Shown in pieces: positions 26,420-40,035 of a stretch of 64,000 bases of DNA. The stretch's first letter is position 1; each line of letters opens with the position of its first letter. The position numbers and the translations under genes were made by a program. Below the pieces are notes generated by a model. The model ran no database searches. It saw only the letters and a program-made list of their open reading frames with translations, and was not told where the DNA came from. Location of the stretch: assembly GCA_977030845.1 (NCBI GenBank), contig OZ365115.1, forward strand, positions 11,222,001 to 11,286,000, written 5' to 3'. This DNA comes from Fimbriosthenelais zetlandica (lineage: Eukaryota).

Positions 26420-26740
26420 TTATCTGGCCCACCCATCCACCTTATAAAAACTGCCCCGCCCCTGATCTGACCAGACGCAAGCCGTGACGTCACAACCCTG
26501 TGTCATCTGTTAGAACTAACAAGGTAATTAAACAAAATGGCGGACAACGCTGTGACACCGGCCCTTCATCCTCCGCCCCTCTCAAAGTTAGGCCAATTAG
26601 ACTGCCAACAGAGACCCCTAACGGCAGAGAAGAAAATAATGACCTGCCCTCAGAAGTCTTCTGGCACTGCGAGGGGGCAGCACTAGTCACAGGTAGGTCT
26701 AGAGATGAGAGGAGGCCCGGATGAAAGGGGGCGCTGCCAT
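26420..26740 (+). promoter_or_regulatory. Promoter-like island with a possible first-exon donor
   Basis: TATAAAA 26443, GC box 26454, CRE GTGACGTCAC 26484, YY1 AAAATGGCGG 26534, CCAAT 26593, CAG|gtaggt 26692, CTCF-like motifs 26667 and 26725. Confidence 0.5.
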
Positions 26741-28001
26741 CATTAGGCCATAATAGGGGAAGGCGATTATATTTCAGGTAATGAGTTTGAATTGATGTTT
26801 CAATTAAATTTGATTTATGTACAGGATTTCTTGTCCTCCCTTATCTTCACTGCTGCTTTTTGCCTCATGATTGGGATGCTAGAGTAGTTTGACATTGTAC
26901 AAGCCTTCCTGCAACAATGCAAGTGGAGAATACTTGAGGGTACTGAAAGGGAGAGGGATGGAGAGAGAGGGGAGGACGAGGGAGAGAGCAAGGAGACAGA
27001 TTAAAAGCGAGAAAGAGAGCGACAGCAAAAAAAAGGTAGAGAAAGTGGGAGGGGGAGCCTTATGTCTAGCCTTATGGCCCAAAACATCTACGATTTAACC
27101 GAGAAATTGACCGAACTTGGGTGGGGTCCTGACGACCACATTCCCAGTATCTACACATGGGATCCATTGCCCCTCTTTAAGAAAAGACCCACCTCCATCT
27201 CCCTCTCCACTCAAACATCCTGACCATATACTCTTCCCATACATTCACTGCACATCAAAGCTTCCCATTTATCCTTCTCTCCTCTTCATCTTTTTCTGTT
27301 TGTACTTGAGCCAAAGCCATTTCCCTCACCAGCTGCTCTTTGTCCGCATCACCATTAAGCCTTCTTTTTTTAAAAGCCAAAATGAATTTAAGTTTTGTAT
27401 ACAATCCTCTCTCATCCTCTAGTACTACCTCCTCCATTGATGGAGGAAAATGAAAAAAAGCAGTTGCTCTGATATAGTGTATGTTTGCATATTGGGTGTC
27501 GCGTTTCCCCTCTCTTCGCTAAAACACATCTTTGTGTTCCCCACTCTAAAGCAATCAAACCTGCCTTGCCAGAAGGTAAAAAGGCAGGACTTAAGGCTCT
27601 GATGAAGCAATATAGATTGCTGAGGCCCAACACGGTCAACAGTTCTTGTGTTAAGCCGGCTTTTTGGTAGTTTTTTTTTCAATGTTTTATATTGTACGTT
27701 TTAACGGGGTAAGATGAGTGGGATTTGTATGGTTGTATCAGGTTGCTACATTAAGGGAGGTGATTTGGAGGTAGGTTCTGTCAGCGGTAAAATTGGTGCC
27801 TTTTAATGCTGCGGCAGGGGAGTGGCAAGTAAAGGAGGAATAGTGGAACAGTCAGAATTATTTCACATGGACAGGGGGGTAGTTTAACGTTCAGCAAATT
27901 GTCAGCTAGCACAGAACGAGTGGGAAACACGCTATGAGCAGCACCAATCCAGCAATGGTTCGTTTACATGGTTCTCAGCATGGCAAATTTGGAGAAGGCT
28001 T

Positions 28002-28049
28002 GGGGAATTGAACCTGGACCTCCCATATTGAAGTCCAACACTCAATACC
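28002..28049 (-). mobile_element. tRNA-derived SINE head relic
   Basis: The minus strand reads GGTATTGAGTGTTGGACTTCAATATGGGAGGTCCAGGTTCAATTCCCC: B-box-like GGTTCAATTCC with D/anticodon-arm-like sequence; not a complete cloverleaf. Confidence 0.5.
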
Positions 28050-29299
28050 GTCCGAGGCATGGCCCCATGCACCCAGTCACTATTGGTTCTTGTATCGCCA
28101 TACATCCTTCCCTTAACCACACCACCCTGAGTTTATTGGCAATCTAGAACACAACACTGAGAATTGGACAAATCGTTTTAAAATTTCTCTAGTTATAAAA
28201 CTGGGAGAAGCTGCAGAATCAAGCAGTGAAAGTGATGTCTAGATCACTTGGCAATGGACATGGACCTATGACTTGGCACTTGACACAAAATACATATAAC
28301 TTCAATAAATCATGAAGGAATTTTAATTTAAGATCGCAACCAACCAAATGGACTTCCAATGAGATATCTAGTGTACCTGGGGTTTTAAGCCGCAAAAAAA
28401 TCCCCATTGAACAATGTGAGTGTTTTTTGAGAACACTCAGGTCTACGTTTGAAAACATAAAATCTACTATATGTACAAATCCAAAGAGAACTAAGGCTTT
28501 TCCATTAAGAAATACTTAGTGAAGAGAGTAAAAAAATGCTTTCTTATATTTTCGTTCACTTTCCCGTTCTGCCTGTGGACTTTCTGTTTAATCTTTTAAA
28601 ACGCACAACACCCAGCGCCTGCTAAGTGAACTAAAATGTGGAACGTGATACCGAGCGATAATGGATGCTCTTGTATCTTCCAAAGACCGGATGTGACGTC
28701 AGTAAAAAGCCTCTTTGTTGTTGGATTTGTCCGCTAGGTTTTGAAGCAGGTGTGACTCCGTTTAGGGAGTACATAGAAACACTAAAGTGCTTGATCCAAC
28801 GAGGAGGAGGGCCATTCAATGAATTTTTTCCACTGATATACATGTATAAGCTTTGGGCATAGTGATTCAACCATTAAAAGGTAGACTCTCCAATAGCATC
28901 ATTTGCGTCATATCACGGGCAATTAATCATTATTTTGGTTTTAAATTTCAGTTTGATAACCATCTAGCTTATCTATAAGAGCAGAGAGTGCCTAAAAACC
29001 CAGCTCTTCTTGAATTTCATTTTAATTTCAATATTATACAGTACACTCCTTTAGTCTACTGCAACCCAACAATGCAGAACTGAAGACGGTCTGACAAAGC
29101 AGGTATTCCTTTCAAAATCAAAACACAAATGAGATGAAATTATCTTTTTAGAATCTGTTACAGTTTTTTGAAGTGACAGATTTCAATCTATTGACGATGA
29201 TCATCTCATTAATGAATAAAACAAACATTTGCCCATACTCGGTGGGGGGGCTTGACTTTTTGACTTCAAGGTGGTTTTTCTCCCACACTTTACCTACAA

Positions 29300-29600
29300 C
29301 CTCGCCCGCCCCCACACCAACACTCCACCCCACCCGGACGCCCCCATCCCCCTACACCCTCCCCCACCTCCCTCAGACGCACGCGCCCATTTCAATGACA
29401 TCTAGCGAACGGGCGGAATAAATAGAAAATGGCGCTCTATGGGGTGTTTTGTGAGCGATAATAGAGTCAGGTCGGGGGTGGTGGACGATAATAGGGCGGT
29501 GCCCTGGGGCAGACGACATTTTCTTGGTTCTCCGTGTCAGCCTATTGTTTGGCGGGAAATTGATACCGGGAGGGAGTGCGCAGGTGCAGGGAACGGTAAA
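29300..29600. promoter_or_regulatory. Promoter-like island with E2F and YY1 sites next to a C-rich tract
   Basis: AAAATGGCG 29426, TTTGGCGGGAAA 29548, GGGCGG 29411, C-tracts 29305-29372. Confidence 0.45.
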
Positions 29601-32349
29601 CACTAGGGGTAACCATGGTGAACTGATGGGGAAGGAGGATGGGGGAGAGGGACAGTTTAAAAGTCATTTATTCACACCACTGATTTGAGGATAAGTTTCA
29701 ACCAGGGGCTAAAAGCTATACAAAGTGATGGTATTGATCTTACAAATAAATATATAGGAACAAAGGTTTCTTCTCTTTGTCCATGTGAATACATCCAACT
29801 AAACAACTGTCAAACAGCTCAGATAGGTGGAGAAATGACCGAAAAACTAATGTGCAAAAATGGCCCAAAATCTGGAGAATAATTCTTAAGTCAATGAACT
29901 GTGTGATGGTTAGGTTTCAGGAATGATAATTTACAGCATTTTAATATTATAGTTATATGTAAAAATGGGAACATGAAGTTAAACCTGAATATGACAAGTA
30001 TGAGTAGACACTAATGGGTCTCTGTAACTAAGCAACAGTAAGCAATGACAGCTATGAGAGGGGAATGGAGAGGGTGGCCCTCCAAACGTCAAGGTTATCC
30101 CCAACCCTCTTCTCCGCCCCTAACACCCCTTCCCTAAAAATGCCTACATATATAATGAGACGATACTGAATCGGTGTACGATATTTGATTTGGAATTTAG
30201 GAACAAGAAAGGACCTGATGAGAGGGTGATCACGAGTTCTAATTTCCATGAAAATTTGTCACATAGTAATAGTTGTTTCTTTAAACAATTAAGGAATAAA
30301 ACACTAATGTCAATGTAGAAAAACATAATTCATATAAGGAATGACGGTAAATAATGTACAAAAAATAGCATCCAGCGATCCTCACACAACAAAATAAACA
30401 TTTTTTGAATTAAATATTGTTAACAGTTTTCGAGAGATGCAATTAAAGTAAACAATATTTCTCCCGGGTAAAACGATCCGCCCATTAAGTACATTTAATA
30501 TAGATAACCTTACCTTCTGTATTGAATTTTGTCATTTTTTATCTACCCCTCAGAGTGGTCAATTTCCAAGAAACTTGTAGTTATCCAATTGACAATAATA
30601 GCTGTATCACATATCATCAACGATAGGAAGTGTATGACCAGTCAATCAGAAATGAGACTGAAAATTGGAAATCTTAATTTGATCCTGGATTCAGTCAATC
30701 AAAGAAATGAAGCATATACCATAACACCTCATCTGCTTAATAGCTTTTCTTAGTGCATCCATAAAATATTAAAGATAGTTGATTAGAAATTTAATCCAAA
30801 CTGTCCAATCATCCAAGTGATATCTCTCACGATTTCAGATTATGTTTTCCTGCTTTAATGAAATAAATTCATTGATGAGAACGTTACCAATATCTGGATT
30901 GCACAGGATAAAGAAACGTTCATAGGCTAAAAAATAAAGTCTCGAATTAATCCTTGGTAGGTTTCAATGTAATTGTTTCCATTTAAATCCTCGTACTGAA
31001 ATCACTAGTCATATAAATTATGGTATCCAATATACAAGGCACCAACATCCTGCGTAATCCTTTTTACCTTCAAATGTCATGTGCAACATTCGTAATTGTC
31101 AGTACACTATATATTTCCGCTTTTGCGTAGGACGATTTTTCAAATCAATGTAGTAGGTGGTCCGTATAATATTATGACTATTTGAATGAATTCAATGCTT
31201 GTTGCTGTGATTTTTGAGCGTTTTCTGATCCAGTGAGTGGGGTGTATAAATGGGATGTTTTGTGATTGGGTTTGGTCGTGGTGACTGGGAACTATGTGAA
31301 ATAGACCAGTCTAGTCAGCTGATGACTTGGACCTGGTGTGACGCTAGAATGAACAGTGATTGGGTGCTTAGAGAGGCTGGGTAGGTGGGGGTGGCGGGGG
31401 TGGGGGAGGCATGAAGAGTGAATGGTTATAAGTGATTGGGAAGTGACTGGATTATTTAAAGGGTTTGGATGGGGTGGGCTGGACGTTCTGAATGGGTGGA
31501 GATGACGAGTGTAACTCAGGGGGAAAGGTTAGAATGTATTGCGACGGAGCCACTAAATTATTTGTATGCAGCAGGATTCCAAATGATTTCAAACCATTTT
31601 CTTGAAAATAAAATGACATTCAATACATTTTGGTTATCACTAATTGACTCATGCTCTACATTAATGAGCGAACCTTGAAGGTGTATTAGAGTTTAGCAGA
31701 GGTTCAGTCATGCAGCCCGGCTTATAGTGCGTCCATGGCTCGCACTGAGCGCGTTCAACACCATGTGTCATTCACTGATAGGCATGCAGTCAATGTCTAT
31801 TTACAATCAGCCCTCTATAGCTCCTCTATAGCTGCCTATAATGTGGGTTAACTCTGTCCACCTTTTGTATCTAGTGACAATGAGACGCCACCCTCCTTCC
31901 TTAACTCTTACAGTTCTAATCTAGGTATCTAATCTTAGGATTTTCTGTGCTCGAATAATTACAAATTTTGGGAAATTAAGTAATCAAAATTATTCTAAAT
32001 TTTTGAAAGAAGAACATACATAATAATAAAGCATCTTTAACAAGAAAAACGTTCAATTTTGTACCAAAAAGAACTTGATATTGATATTCTTTCTGTGGAA
32101 TAAAAAAAGTTTCTACTTTGTCCTAAAATCACGATGAAATGAATTATCTCAGTATAAATATTAAGCAATAAAATGTTAGTTAATAGCAAAATTTGTATGA
32201 TAATTTGTATGATGAAAACCCCCTGGAAAGGAAGGGTTAAGGGATTTACACGTGACATGTAGACAGAGCCCCTAACTGTTCCATAAAGTGGATTCTGATT
32301 GGCTCTCGGTGACCGACCTGGAAGGTCAAGTCTGGGATTTGCACCGCGC

Positions 32350-32465
32350 CTGTCAACACTGTCAGTGACGCGTCATTAACAAACGTTTGTCACTGAAATT
32401 TACACCATGTCAATGACGAAAAAATACCCTCCATTCTGATTGATGGTGTAGTCTCACTGCTGACA
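32350..32465. promoter_or_regulatory. Palindrome- and TGTCA-rich enhancer-like element
   Basis: TGACGCGTCA 32366, ACAAACGTTTGT 32379, five TGTCA/TGACA sites. Confidence 0.35.
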
Positions 32466-35400
32466 CGCAGAACAATAGACGGAGCAATGAGGAACAGGGT
32501 GTTGGGTTTGGGGGTAATTTGAAGCCCTTTCTGGTTTCAAATTAGACTTCTATTCACCCCTCCCTCACGCAGGGAGGAAATCAGGGAGAGTTCAAAGAGC
32601 CTTGATTAGCTTGGATATTGAGAGACATCTATAGGCGATAGTTTGTACTAATGAATTTGTGAAGGTTGGATTGATTGGAAGCGAGGCTGGTGTCATCTGG
32701 ACTTAACCTGCCCAATTATCGCCCGATACACGGAGCCTCCCAGGATGCACTGCGAGGATAATGGGGGTAAACTAGTGCTTGGGGTGTGAGGTAGAGTTGG
32801 GGAAGTGTTGTATTGGAAGGATTGATAGAGTGAAAGTAAAATAGTGAAGAAGTACAAGTAGACATTCTATAAAGACTGTTACTTTTTGGTTAAAGAAGCC
32901 AGTGTTATAAGCCTTTTACCATATACTTCTTACAGGGAACCAAACCCGTGCATGGCAAGGAGCTCATGGAACTCAAGATGTATTATATTAAATATTAACA
33001 TCTAACAGAAAGTGATACAGGCGCACTGCAACGATCTTAAGGAGGGAAGCCTCGGCCAAGACAAGTATTGTAGGATAGGCCAAATATTGAATAAAATTCC
33101 TGAAAACAAAAAAGAAAGAAAATAACAAAAAGTATCCAACATCACCTAACAATACCAAATCTGAACCCATCTCATGCCAGGACAAAACCCCACGACAAAA
33201 ATAAAATGGGGCATGTCAGAAACTTCCTTGGCGAGAGTGGTCCCCGTGCCAAGCTCTTTATCGGAGTCGTGTGGGGGAAATTAAAACTAGGACGACTGAA
33301 AGGAGCGGCTCGCGGTCTTGATTGAGCTCCACCTCATTATGAAGGGACTCACTCAGCTCGCATACTAAAGTGTCATTCTCATTTCCCGTACAGAGGGACT
33401 ACTTTCAGTACACCGGAGCGAGGGACTATATCTGGTGGCGGAGGGACAGAAGATCCCATCCATCGCTATAACAAGGATCTGCTATGTGTTCATATCCTTT
33501 CGCCTTGTGGTGCCAGGTGCAGGTCTGGGAGCTTGAATATGGGCACGGGGGATCATGCCAAGAAAAAAATGAATGTACTTCAAATGTTTTGATAGGGAAG
33601 AGCGAATGTATATCAATGAAAAAAGGCATTATACATGTTCAGAAAGATAAGGCACGAGATAAAAATACATGGACCAATGAGTGTGTGCGTGTTAGTGAGT
33701 GGATGGGAGAGCAACCATCAACTCGTAATTCAGAAATCACCCCTGTGGCCTTTTAAAACTCGCCAACAAATTCAGCAAAACACCAGCCCTAAAGACTTCA
33801 AATCAAATCAGAAATCCAATGAATTCCTTCCAAGATTATTAAAAAAAATCCATCAGGCCTTGAATATTTCAAAGGATTTCATCCGTTAAGAAAATTAAAT
33901 TTTCTTCATTTAAATCTGATTATCTTCCCTTTGATAAGGCCAGTCTTTAGGATGCATAATTATCGTAAGCGATCCAACAGAAGCAGACTCGAGTCTGTAT
34001 TCATGGCACCCTGAAGAAAAATTACCAAGAAAATCATGGCCACAATGGGAAATTAAAATGGTGATAAGTCATTGAAATTGGACACCCAAGCATTGAGTGA
34101 TCATAAGGAATTTAGCACTTAGTGATGACTCCCTCTTAAAGACACGGGTTATTGCTTCAAAATTGTTTCATTATTAACAGACAAGAACTGATGTCAAGAT
34201 AACAGTTTTGTCAGATTTAACAGCATAACCAGAGTTTCACAGTCATAATTACTTGTTTTTACTATTATTTGACCGTGGATAATTGCATGATGCAAATGGT
34301 ACTTTCCCGTATAGGGGAAATTGCTATATTATAGTCAATACGCAAATTGAATGAAAGGCTACGTATACAATTCGTAATTAACTCTGACAATAGCCATGGC
34401 CAAATGCCCAGAAGCAATACATATATATTTGTAAACAGATGCAAGACAGATGCAATACCAGGAAGTGAAGCATTCTATACTTGTTGATTGTAGAGACATT
34501 TTCACATGCAATCATTAGCCATAAACTCTGTATGACATTAATAATATTGCATTGAAAACTGCTCGTGACTGTATAGGTATGACTATGGATGCATTACATA
34601 ATTATAGAAGCAGATGCATTATAACACAAATAGGCTGAAATATAGCCATTCGTTACTGAGGCAACTTTAGCACTATGCATCATAAGAGAGTGGAGCACAC
34701 TGACACAAATCCCTGCCCACACTGATGAGGCAGACGATGCTGGGGAAAGCCTTACCCCCTCACAACATATCACATCATGCCCCTAGCCAATTATCACCAG
34801 TACAATGGCTTCTGCTGGCCCCTGACCTTTCCATGTAAATGTAAATGTATCCCTTGTCCCTCGACCAACTCCGACCATCTCTACACCAGCTCCCACTGGC
34901 TCATTTCTGCTCCCCAGCCTGCGGCCCCTCAGCCATACAAATATTGGTCTCATAATGCTCTGATAATTATATATCATATATCAGTAGCATCAAGTCTATC
35001 AAAGTCCATTATGGAGCTATTGTGTGGGTGTCCAATAGTTTCAGATCTTTCCTTGGCCATCAAAATGAAATGCTCCAGTTCCATTCAACTTAAATTTGCG
35101 CACATAGAGTGGAGCCTGGATAACTTTCAACTCACTAGAGCAGACATCTTGTATAACAGCCAGTTTCATACCTATCCTAAGCAAAAGGAAATGGGATTAA
35201 GAACTCAAACTATGGGTTAATAAATACTATATTTCATACCACTATGGAATGATAGCTTCGTGGATGACTTATAGGGCATCTGATGCTGATGTCAAACCAT
35301 TGTTGGACCGATATGATGTTACATAGTGAGTATACACTTATCCCAGGCTCACCCTGGCTCTGCCTCACTCAGACCCAATCATTGCCCTATCATGGCGAGG

Positions 35401-37174
35401 CCCCAGAGGAGACGAGCTTAAATTGCTGCCTGACACAATGTCCTTTCTCTCTGCCTCTCAATATATGATTCATTCATTTGTGTATAATAAGAATAGGAAG
35501 ATGAAAAATAGGACAAGAGGCAGATTGATATTGCCCAGGAAGTCAAATGAGGCCTTTAGAAATTATAACACCAATATCTGAAAAACCTATCGAATTATTG
35601 ATGAAATTCAGTCAATTTATCGAAGACTGATGACAATAGACCAATATTCCAAGTATGTCCATATATTCTCGGGTTAACATATTTTCGAGAAAGTCACATT
35701 ATGTTTCATGTCAACAATATTACGCGAAGTCCAAAGAGGAAGTTGCCTCAGCCTGCAGTATCTTTTAGTCTGCAGTATCATTTTGAGTTCTCTCTCGCTA
35801 TGTAAACAAAATTTCCAATGAGCTACCCACGTGAACCAAGATCACTTTCAACTTTCAAACAAATGAAATCAGAATATCAATACTCTTACAATCAAATCAA
35901 AATCCGTATCTATATTATAGTTTCCATTACACAAAGGTCCCAGCATGATACTCTTATATTGAAGACAACAGATGAAATATCTGAGGAAGCATGGACCGCA
36001 AGGAGCCTGAGTATTGCCTACTGTGTTCCCCAGCCTTTCTTCCACGCGTCCATCAATACCAAGGGGCCTTCCAATCCAATTGCAATAGTAAACTTTCCAT
36101 TAGGCGTAATAGCACCCATCCCCATGATTGTTCCCCGGTAGCCTCGCGAGTTAACGCGTTGATTCACGAGGTCCCAGGTCTCATTACGGATGGGGGCGGC
36201 CATTGTTTGTGGAGGATTGTGGGTAATGGGATGGGAATAGGGAAGCGGAGGAGATCAAGTCATCATCAGCCAATGAGATCTCTCCAATGGAGAGGCAGAT
36301 CAAGAGCAAAAGTTGGGATTAGATATAATGTCATATTGTCTGTAGCTGATTGCTCCTCACTGCAAATTGATTAATAGGTGAAAGGGCGGAGAAAGAGGGA
36401 GGCAGAACAATGTATAGAAAAACAACAACAGTAAAGGCAACAATGTAAAAAGCCAGGGGAGTGAAAGCTAGCTCCTAAAATGAATAATGTGATTGATTCA
36501 TGGACTTTTATGTTGATGACGCTTTTATTATAGGATATGATTCCTATAAGTCTTGCCACGGGCCTTGTAATTTATTTCTGGAAATATTTATCAATATACA
36601 ACAGAATATCCTTTGTATATCATTGCTTGCATTATGAATGTATGCATTCATAAAGTTGCAAATCAGTAAGAAATCACTCAGTCTAAAACCTGGTGTCCGA
36701 TTCATCATCTATCATTGATACGGGCGTCTGGGCAATTTAGCTGCAGTTAGTTTCAAATCTGGATAATTATATTAGATTAGCATGTTGTTTTGCTTGAGAT
36801 GTGAACTAGAAGCCTTGACTTGCATGTTTTCATGAGTGGTAGCAGTAAGCTGACACGGACCTCCATCTCCCATTGACCTCCATTACTGACCCGCCCACCT
36901 CCGCCATCAGCGGGTAATTCCATCAGGCCACTGTGGCAAGCACCGTAAACGGAGAGAAGACCACAAAGTCTAACACTTTCTTCTTCCTCCAGTTCCCCCA
37001 CCCAGCCCCCCAGGGGCTCAGGCCCCCCCACAAGCCCCCACCCCCAACCCCACAGGCCCCGCCAATCCATCAAGCCTGCGCCTCAATTGAAAACTTGGAG
37101 AGAGCAAAAATTACCCACCACACTCAGGGAGTCTTCATTTCTCCCCAGCAAATAAAGTGATCAGTTTGGGTTGG

Positions 37175-37300
37175 CTCGCGGGGGCTGCCTGTTCCATTAA
37201 TATATGACCCCGCGGTGCCAGCGGAAGCAATCTGTGCCATGCGCATGCGCAAAACCATCGCCCTGCGCCATGACCAACTCGCTACACCAGACCGCTTCAC
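37175..37300. promoter_or_regulatory. CpG island with a perfect NRF1 palindrome
   Basis: TGCGCATGCGCA at 37240-37251; GCGGAAG at 37221. Confidence 0.5.
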
Positions 37301-38425
37301 GTTCAAGACAATCTCTTCATTTTTTAAACCAATCCCCTTCTCCCCAGTCAAATGCTATTAGAGCTATTATGTGTTGAAAGCCTTAACACCCACCCACTGG
37401 CTTTCTCTATTTCTTCATCATTGCCTTCTATGCTATCTCTCTATCTATCTTTCCATCCATCCATCCAGCCATCCATTCATCGACACCCCTAGTCTCCACA
37501 CCCAGCCATACCAGCAGCCCATATTCCCATCAGATATCCCAAGCGACGGTGTCAATCTCACCAGCAAATTAATTTCACGTGGAATTAATTTAATGGAAAA
37601 GACTTTCTGCAAATGAGATGAGGGGCCAGGAGGGTGCGATAAGGGGAGGCGGTGGTGGCAGGACGGGGTTTGTTTATGTAATGTTTACAGGGGGTGGATA
37701 ATCCCACTATAGACCTCCATACTAGATACTACACACATTCTGCAAGTGCTGCAATTTCTTTCTTAGTCTTTATTTGCACGTGCATCTTTCTATTAATTTT
37801 ATTAAAAGGGATAGTCCTATAATATTCTATCTTTTCAATTTGATTCTATTTATGATATATAGAAGTAATATTTAGTAACAAAATATATATATGTGAGTAG
37901 ACAAGATTCTTAGGATTCAGAATTTTACATCTTTTCTGGAGGCCTTTTTTTCTAAACTAAAACGTTTCTCTAACTTTTACCTCTGCAAAAATATAGAGTA
38001 CAGTGCACAATATGTGACCTAATGGATCTATACATGCATGCTAAAATGAATTGAATCAATATTATGTCATCAATAAATATCAAAAGCTCATCAGCACCTT
38101 GGATGGTGCTGAAGTGATTTACCACCTAGCGGTACCAGGTGCAAATCATGCCGGAAGGGCGTATGAATACATCACTGTTTCGGCGCGAAAAAAAAGAGTG
38201 CGAAACATAAATTTGAACTTGCTTGTTAACACTCATTGAGCCTAATGATAATATATAAACTTTCATGACAGCAAAAGATCACAGTAATTTGTCAGTGTCC
38301 TTGGTAAGATACCTGGATTGATGAGATGGTGGTGTTCGGCCACTAATTGCCTCCTGTACCTGGCCGTTATGGGGCGGAAGCATTCGAAAATTAATGTCAC
38401 CCATGTGACTTATAGGTAGTCCCAG

Positions 38426-38471
38426 GTGTTCAAGGACTTGGTCCGGGACTTGGAGAAGATCAATTTCAATG
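38426..38471 (+). other. Candidate 46-nt exon
   Basis: cccag|GTG...AATG|gtatgt reads VFKDLVRDLEKINFN (amphipathic-looking); the acceptor is weak. Confidence 0.15.
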
Positions 38472-38943
38472 GTATGTGCTTTGTTTTCTTTGAGTGAAAA
38501 AGGATTTGGGTGAGGTGGAATGGGAGGGGGAAGGAAGTTCGGGTAATTTTGTGTTAGATTTATTTGGATTTTCAAAGTTGAAGGCGATAAGGAATGACAT
38601 GGGTGAGAACTCCAGCAAACAACTGCTTAGTTTTACTATTGTGTACAGGTTAGGTAATAGTAATTTACTTTAAGATTTCAAAAATAGAGTGCATTCCTTC
38701 CAGTGTAATCTGTGAGGTTTTAGCGAGAGCTCGCATACTTCCCACTGAAGACTGAATTCTATCGTATAAGATGGCCAGCATGGATACTCTGAGACTTGTT
38801 CTCGGCAAGCCTCCTGCATGGAATATGCCACCGTTTACCCATCTTACCATAATCTCATACAAAAGGCCAAATGAGTATAGCAAGAGTCAAATGAAAGTTT
38901 TAAATCCCTACCTGATTTATAGGCCAAAACAACCAGTGAAGAT

Positions 38944-38985
38944 ACATACCTGAAAGTAGACAACATGACATTAAAAACAAGCTTA
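38944..38985 (-). other. Candidate recursive splice site (3'ss abutting 5'ss)
   Basis: Minus strand tttttaatgtcatgttgtctactttcag|gtatgt, junction 38950/38949. Confidence 0.3.
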
Positions 38986-39989
38986 CTTGATTATATTAAT
39001 AAATTATAACACAAAAACTGAAGTGACCAACTTTTGCTCCGCTGTTTCAGCAATCACCCCAACCCTTCCCACCCAGCCCCTCTCTAGTCCACCCTGGAAG
39101 CACTCTTAACCCCCCTTCACCCCCCAACCTTCTCCCCCTTCATTCCACCCACTCCATCTCTCACTCTATTTTCCACAGCCTCTCTCACTGATTAAGGGCG
39201 CATCGACGGAAATTATGACGGTCCCAATTTCCGTGCTTTTTTGGCATGGACTACGGCTCAAGGGGAGAGGCGAGTGTGTGGCGAGATGAGATGGTGGAGG
39301 GGAGAGATTGGGATGGGGGTGGGGACACAGGAGCGAGAAATTAAACACATCAAATCGATTATAAACCAATGGCGGGCCTCTAGGCAAATCCCCAGACCAT
39401 ATTGCATAGCTTTATGGTTCATACATCTATAAAGGGGCAGGCTCAATGGAGAAACAGAGATGTGAATAAACCTATATTTCAATGAGGCTAGGACTATTAT
39501 TTAGGGGAAATAATACCAGTCTATATATTATGCATACATATACATATACTAGGTCCAGAATGTGGGCAATTTCCATTGAAGTTCTGGGCAAGAGCAAACT
39601 TCTCGGAACAAAAACATGGGTTACAGAGAGGGGAATGAGAGGAAATTCTCATTTCTTCTCCCACTTACAAGTATGTATACATCTAGAGGGACCAGAAGCC
39701 CATTGTCTTCTTTTTGATGAATGATTGATGAATGCTTTGAAGTTTCTCCTGGTCCCCGTTTACTTATTCTGGTCCCCTTAACCAGCAAGCTTTCAAAGCC
39801 ATGCTAGCACTTAGTCCTCTATTATCGCTCGCTTTCTCTCCCACACACACTCGCACGTGCTCCCTTTGAGCTCGCCTCATTTATTTGTCCACTCCAATTA
39901 TACACTGACAAGACGTTGCCAGGGCAACTTAAAAACTAGCTTAACTATTAAATAACCTTTCCTTAAAATGTGGGGCCCGCTCATGAAAT

Positions 39990-40035
39990 ATTTGAGGGCG
40001 GAAGTAGGAGTGTGTTTAGGGGTAATGGCGGCCTA
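39990..40035. promoter_or_regulatory. ETS/YY1 motif pair
   Basis: GCGGAAGT 39998; AATGGCGGC 40024. Confidence 0.25.

Noticed and set aside
26538-26685. First coding exon starting at aaaATGGCGG
   Set aside because: The frame hits TAG at 26683 before the 26692 donor; the motif is equally explained as a YY1 site
28002-28060. Functional tRNA gene
   Set aside because: No complete acceptor stem or cloverleaf; treated as a SINE relic
32934-33100. Minus-strand coding exon after the very strong acceptor at 33101
   Set aside because: All three frames stop before any good donor; it could only be a non-coding or terminal exon
38310-38345. LTR retrotransposon YxDD-like motif (WIDEMVVFG)
   Set aside because: The catalytic DD is not present, a stop follows, and no other RT motifs are nearby
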